Origin: an uncultured Draconibacterium sp.
GTDB lineage: Bacteria; Bacteroidota; Bacteroidia; Bacteroidales; Prolixibacteraceae
Direction of reading: 5' to 3'
Length of the DNA: 64,000 nucleotides
NCBI RefSeq assembly: GCF_963674925.2
Contig: NZ_CAXXRE010000003.1
Coordinates: 2,047,199-2,111,198, forward strand
The position numbers and the translations under genes were made by a program. The notes beneath the pieces were generated by a model, which worked only from the letters and a program-made list of their open reading frames with translations, did no database searches and was not told the DNA's origin. Position 1 is the first letter of the stretch, and every line of letters starts with the position of its first letter. Of this stretch, positions 56,631 to 64,000 are shown one piece after another.

Positions 56631-57721
56631 TTGTTATTCTTATTTCTTCGTTTAAACAATTTGAGTCTGTATTGCTCAGTGCCTCGGTCGCTGATGAGAA
56701 ATGCATAAGGTTGCAAACTGTCGATTTGCCGCATAATAATTTTTAGAGTTGCCAAAACCGGGATTACTACCAGCATACCGGCTATCCCCCAAATAATATT
56801 CGCAAACAATAAACTTAGAATAATCGCCAACGGGTTGATTTTAATGCTGTTGCCCACGATATTTGGTGTTAATAGATTATTCTCAATAAACTGAATGATA
56901 ACAAACAGTATTACAATTTTTAGCATTGTTGGCAATGGATGTGGAACGGTGAAAAAGACATACATAAACGGAATAAAACCTCCCAAAAACGTTCCGATAT
57001 AGGGAATAAGGTTTAGCAATGCAGCCAGCACACCAAGAACCATAGCATGTTTAACTCCGACTATTAACAGTCCTACTGAATTAAGGACGGCTAATATGGC
57101 AACAACTAAAGAAAGTCCGCCAAGATATTTGGTAATAACTTTCGATATTTCGCGCAGAATAGTGAGTGTTACCAACTTTTTGTCTTTTGAGGTGATTCGT
57201 AAAATGAAGTGAGCTGTTTTTGTGCGGTAAAACAACAGAAAGAAGGTAAAGACCGGCAAAATACCAATCTGAAAAATTGTTGTTGTCGTTGTTGTAAAAA
57301 GATTACCTATTCCCGATTGCCAGGTGTCAATCACATCTTCTACCGCCTTGTCTAAATAATAATCTACAGTTGAGGCATCGATTTCGAATTTGTCCGTCAG
57401 CGCATTTTGCAAACTAAGACTTTTGCTATCAAAATGTTGTTTTACATCGTTAAAATCGATTTCAATGTTTGAGGCTTTTAGTGAGAATAAAAGGGTAATT
57501 CCTCCAATAAGAATAATTACTACCAACAACACCATCAAAATAGAGATGGCCCGGTTAACACCCCAGCGTTCAATTTTCCAAACCAAGGGGTAAATTAAAT
57601 AGGAAAAGAATATGGCTATTACAAGTGGAATAAGAATGTTTTTGGCCAGGATTATAAAAGTCAAAATTAGTGAAGTTATAATCAGGTAAAGAGCTGTTTT
57701 TGTTAATCCGGTAATTTTCAT
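56627..57721 (-). CDS. AI-2E family transporter
   Basis: LNLIPYIG, QFIENNLLTPNIVG, INPLAIILSLL, WGIAGMLVVIP; start ATG 57721. Confidence 0.92.
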   Translation of the reverse strand: MKITGLTKTALYLIITSLILTFIILAKNILIPLVIAIFFSYLIYPLVWKIERWGVNRAISILMVLLVVIILIGGITLLFSLKASNIEIDFNDVKQHFDSKSLSLQNALTDKFEIDASTVDYYLDKAVEDVIDTWQSGIGNLFTTTTTTIFQIGILPVFTFFLLFYRTKTAHFILRITSKDKKLVTLTILREISKVITKYLGGLSLVVAILAVLNSVGLLIVGVKHAMVLGVLAALLNLIPYIGTFLGGFIPFMYVFFTVPHPLPTMLKIVILFVIIQFIENNLLTPNIVGNSIKINPLAIILSLLFANIIWGIAGMLVVIPVLATLKIIMRQIDSLQPYAFLISDRGTEQYRLKLFKRRNKNNK

Positions 57722-57747
57722 TTCGTTAGTGCATTTGTATTTTCTAA

Positions 57748-57762
57748 GTAATAATTGTGCCA
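57748..57762 (-). promoter_or_regulatory. Candidate sigma54 promoter of AI-2E/YihY operon
   Basis: TGGCAC-AATTA-TTAC, GG-N10 spacing, 27 nt before ATG. Confidence 0.45.
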
Positions 57763-57858
57763 CTAATCTTATTCTGATCGCCTTGGTCTGTGCGGGAAGG
57801 AGGCCGGGCAATAATTCTCGTCTATTTAAAAGTGTGTATGTTAAACCTGACCTGAATC

Positions 57859-57873
57859 TGGCAAGGTATTTTC
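57859..57873 (+). promoter_or_regulatory. Candidate sigma54 promoter of the Rho-N gene
   Basis: TGGCAA-GGTAT-TTTC. Confidence 0.35.
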
Positions 57874-57904
57874 TGACTATAACGTAAATCAAAACAAATT
57901 AGTT

Positions 57905-58156
57905 ATGGCGAGAAAGAATAATATTCCTCAAGTGAAAAACGAAGAACAATATGAAGCCTTAAGAGAAAAAGGCTACAGTAAACAAAAATCTGCCAGAATA
58001 GCCAATACCCCTGATTCAGGGACAAAAGGTGGGAGTAGCAGCAAATATGAAGAACGTACAAAACAAGAGTTGTACAAGAAAGCCCAACAAGTGGGAATTG
58101 AAGGGCGAAGTACGATGAATAAGGCAGAGTTAATTGAGGCCTTACGAAATAACTAA
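57905..58156 (+). CDS. Small protein with C-terminal Rho-N-like domain
   Basis: YEALREKGYSKQKSARIAN; TKQELYKKAQQVGIEGRSTMNKAELIEALR. Confidence 0.85.
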   Translation: MARKNNIPQVKNEEQYEALREKGYSKQKSARIANTPDSGTKGGSSSKYEERTKQELYKKAQQVGIEGRSTMNKAELIEALRNN

Positions 58157-58213
58157 GGCCAGCTGGGTAAATAAAAAACCAAGGTGATGAAGTGTGTCGC
58201 TGAAAAAATTTGT

Positions 58214-58456
58214 CTAAGGAATGATCATTTCCACACGGCGGGGTAAAATTTCCACATTTAGATGTTGCGGCTGACCAATAATTTCCCCATCAATTTGGAG
58301 GGTCTTGCACTCCTTATTTTTAATTTTTAGCTTCTTGCATTTGTAGGCATCTACAAAATCGAGGGTGTGAATCTTTTGAGTGTAGAAAGGAACCAGCATT
58401 TCTAAAAGCTGCGTGAAATTTTGTTGAAGGAAGACATAGCCGCTATCCGAAATGTT
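58214..58456 (-). pseudogene. C-terminal remnant of a YegS/BmrU-type lipid kinase
   Basis: ISDSGY...KLKIK...LQIDGE...VEILPRRVEMIIP; N-terminal catalytic domain absent. Confidence 0.6.
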
Positions 58457-58808
58457 TTTTTAGACATGAGTTCTGTTTGTCAAAGTACGAAGTCCGACTC
58501 GGGTATGAACTGTTCAAATTTCAGTTTCTTCAGCTAAATAGTTCATCAACAGAAAGTGGCTTTGATGTGATTATAAAACTCAGTTCCATTTAGTTCACGA
58601 AGTAAAGATTAACGGCATAATTTCAAATTCAGGATGAAGTTTTTAAAATGGGGCTTTGCTAAGTGGTTTATTAACAGAAGAGTGTAAATATTATTTCTGT
58701 TCTGTTTTTTGTTAAATTACGATTTTGCGGTGGCTTTACAATTTCAGTATAACTATATTTGCTGCAAATTCGTAGGTGTAGTACCGGATAAAACTGAAGA
58801 GAGATAAA

Positions 58809-60422
58809 ATGAATAAAATCGTATACTCCTTATTGATACTGCTTTTTTCGTTTTCCCTCAAAGCACAAAATGATACCGGGTTTCGTTCGCTTTTGCAGCA
58901 ACTTCAGCAGGCTGACGATGATGCGACCAGAACGGAAATCTTAATCGAACTTTCAAGAGAAACCCGGGCCCAAAACCTTTCTGAAAGTTTGAGTTATGCA
59001 CAACAGGCTTTAGCTACTTCTGAAGAAGTAGATGATCCTTTGTTAACAGCACAGGCGCACAATAACATGGGAATTATTTTGTATCATATTGGCGGGTACG
59101 ACAGGTCTTTGGAGCATTTTCTCGAAAGCAAAAAGATATATGAAAATGCCGGTGAAGATAACCTTTTGATTGGGCAGATAAATAACATTTGCGGGGTGCA
59201 TTTGCAATTGGAAGAATATGATAAAGCCTGGAATTTGTACCAGGAACTGTTTGACAAACAGAACGAATTGCTGGCACGAGGCGACTCGTCGAATTTACCA
59301 CAAATGCATGTCTTCTATAACAGCATGGGAATTATCAGCGAAAAACGGGGAGAGCTTAAAAAGGCGCAATCGTTTTTTGAAATGGCAGTTGAAAATGCTA
59401 CGAAATACAACTACCAAAACCGGCTGGCCTCGATTTATAATTCGATGGCAGAGAATTATTTCCACTTAAATCTTGAGGAAGAAGCGCTGCAAACCCTGCA
59501 ACTGGCTGTAAAATATAGCCGGGAGTTTGATGACATGATCGAATTGTCGCGGGCAAACCGGCAGATTGCCCAGTATCTTTACGAAAAGAACAATATCGAA
59601 GAAGCACAGGCAAAAGCCTTACAAAGTTTGCAGGCCGCCGAAAAAACAAAGTCGTTTGTGTTGGAGAGTGAAGCTTATTACCTCTTGTACCAGATTGTGC
59701 AAAGCGCCGGCAATTTCTCCGATGCGCTTGATTATTATAAAAATTATACCACCCGGCAGGATAGCATTTTTAACGAGCAAACCATTAAGGAAATTACGCG
59801 TCTTGAGCTGACGCACGATTTTGAAAAAGAACAGGAACAATACAAAAGCCAAAATGCGCGCATAAAACTGATATACGGAGTAATAATTCTGGGGCTGCTA
59901 CTTGGTCTTATTATTTTTGTATTGTATTTCAGGTTAAATAAAAGCAAAGATAAAGGCGCATATCTTGCGATGAAAACACTGGAAAAAGATCTGGAATTGC
60001 GCGAAAGGGAACTGGTAATGAAGGAACTTTACCTGGTAGAGAAAAACCAAACCTTGCAGAAAGTTATAAAACAGCTTTCGGATGCCAAAGGTAAGGCCAG
60101 GGCGGAAGTGAAAGTGATAATTGAAGATTCAGCCAAGTTATTAAAGTCCAGTTTAAACAGTTCGGTTTGGGAAGAATTTGAAATAAGATACCAGCAGGTG
60201 CACGAAGGTTTTTATGAAAAAATACGCGAACGATTCCCTGATCTGTCGCCAACCGAAGAAAAATTATGTGCTTTATTACGACTCGGAATGTCGTCGAAAG
60301 AAATTGCCGAGCTGTCGCAACAAAGTGTAAAAAGTGTTGAAGTTGCCCGTTCAAGACTGCGAAAAAAGCTAAATCTTACCAATACCAATGTTAATTTAAG
60401 CACATTTCTCGCCAATCTGTAA
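58809..60422 (+). CDS. TPR-repeat membrane sensor with LuxR-type HTH
   Basis: Signal peptide, TPR-like helices, one TM, coiled coil, PDLSPTEEKLCALLRLGMSSKEIA...RSRLRKKL. Confidence 0.85.
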   Translation: MNKIVYSLLILLFSFSLKAQNDTGFRSLLQQLQQADDDATRTEILIELSRETRAQNLSESLSYAQQALATSEEVDDPLLTAQAHNNMGIILYHIGGYDRSLEHFLESKKIYENAGEDNLLIGQINNICGVHLQLEEYDKAWNLYQELFDKQNELLARGDSSNLPQMHVFYNSMGIISEKRGELKKAQSFFEMAVENATKYNYQNRLASIYNSMAENYFHLNLEEEALQTLQLAVKYSREFDDMIELSRANRQIAQYLYEKNNIEEAQAKALQSLQAAEKTKSFVLESEAYYLLYQIVQSAGNFSDALDYYKNYTTRQDSIFNEQTIKEITRLELTHDFEKEQEQYKSQNARIKLIYGVIILGLLLGLIIFVLYFRLNKSKDKGAYLAMKTLEKDLELRERELVMKELYLVEKNQTLQKVIKQLSDAKGKARAEVKVIIEDSAKLLKSSLNSSVWEEFEIRYQQVHEGFYEKIRERFPDLSPTEEKLCALLRLGMSSKEIAELSQQSVKSVEVARSRLRKKLNLTNTNVNLSTFLANL

Positions 60423-60670
60423 ACAAATTTATTTCCCCTTTTGATTTTTACTCCTTTTTCTAAAGAATCAGGAGGTTTTATATGTGTAAGTGTCCTATAG
60501 TTAGCGATTTAAGATCGTTGTTTTAATCTGGTCTTTTCGGTGTGTTTTACGTGTGAGTGGTATTGTTATGGTCGTTTTTTAGGTTGTAGTGCACAAGCTA
60601 AGGGGCATCTTATATAATAATATCTGTTGAATTTGATATTTGTGTTCCATAAAATATAAAAATTCTAAAA

Positions 60671-63600
60671 ATGCGAAATTTCTACATCTCTAAAAAGATT
60701 GCTTTTCTTTTCCTGATGCTGTTCCTGGTAACGGGGAAATTGTTTGCACAAGAGCCGGATGCCAGTCCGGTAAAAGGTGTTATCCGGGTAAAACTAACCC
60801 AGGAGGCTGCACTTCAAATGGAGGGACATTCGGATGTTTCTCAGATAAACCCGCTTCAAACTGCTATTCCCGGGTTTAACATTCTGAACGAAGAATACAA
60901 CGCAACAAGCATGAAGCCGGTTTTTCATGTAGCTGGTAAATTTGCAGAACGTCAACGAAAATACGGTTTGCATTTGTGGTACGAGATCAATATCGACAGC
61001 ACCACAAATTTAAGCGACGCACTTTCGAAATACGGGGATTTGGATGCGATTGAATCAGCTGAATCAAAAAACCACTATTTCAGTTTCTCAGATGGCGAAA
61101 TGGTTGAAACTTCACCTGTATCAGAAAGAACTTTAGAAGAAAAACCCAACGATCCGCTGCTTTATACGCAGTGGCATTACGAAAATACAGGACAAACCGG
61201 TGGTACTCCGGGTGCTGATATTAACCTGATAAAAGCCTGGAAGCTTGAAACCGGAAATCCGGATGTTGTTGTGGCTGTTATTGATGGTGGAGTAGACTAC
61301 CAGCACGAAGATCTGGCCGCCAACATGTGGACTAACGAAGACGAAATTCCCGGTAACGGAATTGACGACGACAACAACGGTTACATTGATGATTTTTACG
61401 GATGGAACTTTGTAATGGGTGTTCCAACCATCATCCCGCACGAACACGGAACACACGTGGCAGGTACTATTGCCGCCGTAAACAATAACGGAAAAGGTGT
61501 TGCCGGTGTTGCCGGAGGAAGTGGAAACGGCGATGGTGTTCGCATCATGTCGTGCCAGGTGTTTAGTACTGTACCTGGTGGAACGGATGAATATGCCGGA
61601 GGTTTTGAAGAGGCATTTATTTACGCTGCCGATAATGGTGCTACTATTTCGAATAACTCGTGGGGTGGTGGAGCTCCAAGCCAGGTAATGCTGGATGCCA
61701 TCAACTATTACATTGATAACGCCGGTATCGACGAAAACGGTAATTCAACCGGCCCGGTTCAAGGTGGTGGACTTCCTATTTTTGCTGCAGGTAACTTCAA
61801 TAGCTACAGCGACTACATTGGTTTACCACGCGCCGCATACCCATCACAATACGATCTGGGAATTTCGGTGGCTAATACCAACCACTACGATATGAAATCT
61901 ACCTCGTCGTATTTTAGCGAGGTGGTTGACATTTCTGCTCCCGGCGACCAGATTTATTCAACCTTGCCGGGCAACCGCTACGGTGGTCCGCATTGGGGAG
62001 GAACATCAATGGCTTCGCCACATGTTACAGGTGTTGCTGCTCTTATCGCGTCAAAATATGCATATCATATTACTACTGACGAAATTACAGAGCGTTTATT
62101 AAGCACTGCAAAAGATATTTATCACCTGAATCCGGCATTTACAGGTTACCTTGGAAAAGGTCGTTTGGATGCCTACGCTGCTTTGGTTGACGATCCGGGA
62201 TCTGTTCCGGCAATTGAAGACTGGGGATTTTACAGCATCGATGAAAACACTTTCCACATTGGTTGGATGCTGGTAAAAAACATTCAGGATATTACCATCA
62301 CTGATTACGAAATTTTGGTAGCAGAAGGAGAACACACTGATACAACATTTTTCTTATCAGCTGCCAGTGTTACTCCATTCCATTCAACTGCCAGTCAATC
62401 GTTCGATCAGTTCCTTATCGAGAATCTGGAGCCGGGAACTACCTATACAATTGCTGTTCGTGCCAAAGATCGTTTTGGTAATGTTTCAGGTCTTTCTGAA
62501 CTGTTTTCAGCAACAACCTGGAAAGCTGCCGATCTGGAATTGCTTTCAAACGATACACTGGAAGTAAATATTGATGTTCAGAAAACTTCTCTGGGCTATG
62601 ATAGTTATTCGTTCCAAAATAAAGGTGAGGCCTACTCGCGTTACGATTGGTTGGTAAAAGGTTACGAAACTTTAGAGCTAAAATCGGCAGAGACTTTACC
62701 ATCTACATATGGTTTCCGTTTGGCCATGCAGGAATTAAGCGATGATGGCCAGATTAGTATCGGAACGTTTGCCAGCCCTAGCTGGAACGAGGAAACGCCG
62801 TCTTACAGTTTCACCGACTCGGTGAGCCACGAAGATTTAAGCCAGCCTGATGAAATGGTTGGACCCGGAACATTGAGTTATGCCCAGGAAACGACTTACG
62901 AAAGCTGGATGTATGCCAATAAATTTGTAGCCGAGCGCGATATGGACCTCTCGCACATTGGAGCATACATCGCCACTGAAATGTACGATGGCTCGCACTT
63001 CGATTTCTCCATTCATGTGGGTGGAGCAGATTATCCTGCAGGTGAACCGGTGGCATCAACCGGAAGTTATGTAAGTGGTTACCGCGATGGCGGATGGTAT
63101 TACACCACACTTTCGCGAAATGTTTCGGTGAACGAAGGAGACATTTTCTGGGTGACCGTAACTGCACCACGCGGAGTTTATTTGCCAATTGGAGCTAAAA
63201 ATGCAACAGAATCAAGCTACCTGCGTAAAGACAAAAGTTTTGCCCGTGTAGCTCCTGAACAAAACTACATGACCGATATAGGTTCGGTCTTCGGAAAGTA
63301 CCTGATGATTCGTGCCTACGAGTCGGTGCGTAACAGCAGTCTGGTTCGGTTTACTCCTAAAAACGGCGATATTCAACCTGATTCTGTTCAAAAGATCGAC
63401 ATCGAAGTAAACGGAAATTATTTCGATAACGGTACTCACCTTGTTGAGTTGGTGATGAAACACGACGATCCTAAAAAAGGAGCATTATCGAAGTTTGTAA
63501 AAGTTAATATAAGCGGGCAGGAACCTAAATTGGAAACTAACCTGAGCTCTGTTGATTTTGGTACTCAGTTTTTCGGAACTACAGAAAGTATTGAACTGGA

Positions 63601-64000
63601 GTTGATGAACAAGGGAAAAGGAACCCTGAAAAATATTAACCTGAGTGGTTTAAATACTGACTACGTTACCGTTTATCCGGCTTCAATTTCGGAATTGAAA
63701 CCGGGACACAAAACCGTTGTTACTTTAAAAACGAAAGCACAAAATACAGTGGCCAATTACCAGGGAGCATTAACCATTGGCAGCAACGATGGTCAGTTAC
63801 AGATTCCGGTTCTGGCGAATTTTATTGAAGGTCCGGTTTTGGAGGCTCCTGCATCAATGGAATGGTTAGGCGAAAACGCCCGTTTGTCAGGCGACATTAT
63901 CGATACCTCCATTGTAATCCGCAATGTTGGAACTTATCCGGCAACTTTCAGTATTTCGGCATTTAGCTACATTCAGAATATTACTCCTGAAAGTGGTGTT
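60671..64000 (+). CDS. Large secreted S8 (subtilisin-like) serine protease with FN3 and Ig-like domains, 3'-truncated by the window
   Basis: Absent from the ORF track; hand-checked frame from ATG 60671 stays in register at 61136, 62042 and 63962; triad VIDGG, HGTHVAG, GTSMASPHV; FN3 LEPGTTYTIAVRAKD. Confidence 0.92.
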   Translation, partial: MRNFYISKKIAFLFLMLFLVTGKLFAQEPDASPVKGVIRVKLTQEAALQMEGHSDVSQINPLQTAIPGFNILNEEYNATSMKPVFHVAGKFAERQRKYGLHLWYEINIDSTTNLSDALSKYGDLDAIESAESKNHYFSFSDGEMVETSPVSERTLEEKPNDPLLYTQWHYENTGQTGGTPGADINLIKAWKLETGNPDVVVAVIDGGVDYQHEDLAANMWTNEDEIPGNGIDDDNNGYIDDFYGWNFVMGVPTIIPHEHGTHVAGTIAAVNNNGKGVAGVAGGSGNGDGVRIMSCQVFSTVPGGTDEYAGGFEEAFIYAADNGATISNNSWGGGAPSQVMLDAINYYIDNAGIDENGNSTGPVQGGGLPIFAAGNFNSYSDYIGLPRAAYPSQYDLGISVANTNHYDMKSTSSYFSEVVDISAPGDQIYSTLPGNRYGGPHWGGTSMASPHVTGVAALIASKYAYHITTDEITERLLSTAKDIYHLNPAFTGYLGKGRLDAYAALVDDPGSVPAIEDWGFYSIDENTFHIGWMLVKNIQDITITDYEILVAEGEHTDTTFFLSAASVTPFHSTASQSFDQFLIENLEPGTTYTIAVRAKDRFGNVSGLSELFSATTWKAADLELLSNDTLEVNIDVQKTSLGYDSYSFQNKGEAYSRYDWLVKGYETLELKSAETLPSTYGFRLAMQELSDDGQISIGTFASPSWNEETPSYSFTDSVSHEDLSQPDEMVGPGTLSYAQETTYESWMYANKFVAERDMDLSHIGAYIATEMYDGSHFDFSIHVGGADYPAGEPVASTGSYVSGYRDGGWYYTTLSRNVSVNEGDIFWVTVTAPRGVYLPIGAKNATESSYLRKDKSFARVAPEQNYMTDIGSVFGKYLMIRAYESVRNSSLVRFTPKNGDIQPDSVQKIDIEVNGNYFDNGTHLVELVMKHDDPKKGALSKFVKVNISGQEPKLETNLSSVDFGTQFFGTTESIELELMNKGKGTLKNINLSGLNTDYVTVYPASISELKPGHKTVVTLKTKAQNTVANYQGALTIGSNDGQLQIPVLANFIEGPVLEAPASMEWLGENARLSGDIIDTSIVIRNVGTYPATFSISAFSYIQNITPESGV

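Noticed and set aside
61133-63463. Short ORFs listed near the window end
   Set aside because: All lie within the continuous S8 protease frame starting at 60671

Overview
Bacteroidota chromosomal window; gene content suggests Prolixibacteraceae/Draconibacterium-like (inference). 1-14.6 kb is core genome, mostly minus strand: trpE-trpG-trpD (trpD partial) preceded by TWO tandem Trp leader-peptide attenuators, then sprA, ruvA, pdxA, an M17 aminopeptidase, a signal-peptide-bearing Ni-SOD, and tRNA-Asn(GTT) on the plus strand. From the tRNA 3' end to at least 42.2 kb there is a series of same-orientation junction repeats (tRNA 3'-end core plus hairpin, at about 19.17, 28.38 and 30.40 kb, with degenerate copies at 20.96 and 42.2 kb). 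On the minus strand they read as decayed C-terminal tails of a recombinase. They bracket cargo modules with no intact integrase: a twice-frameshifted acyl-CoA dehydratase activase, a B12 radical SAM, a MacB-like permease/NmrA/hybrid two-component set, a PadR-PspC module, an AraC/OsmC/beta-eliminating lyase/protease/GH130 block. After the last junction lies a non-canonical glutathione-type operon: a stand-alone GshF-like ATP-grasp, a plant/alphaproteobacterial-type GshA and a heterodimeric ABC exporter. 49.5-58.4 kb holds a sigma54 phosphorelay beside a general-stress-type small membrane protein cluster. The window ends with a TPR-LuxR regulator and a large S8 protease that runs off the edge. 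No rRNA or CRISPR seen. Family calls come from motif recognition and recall, not database searches.
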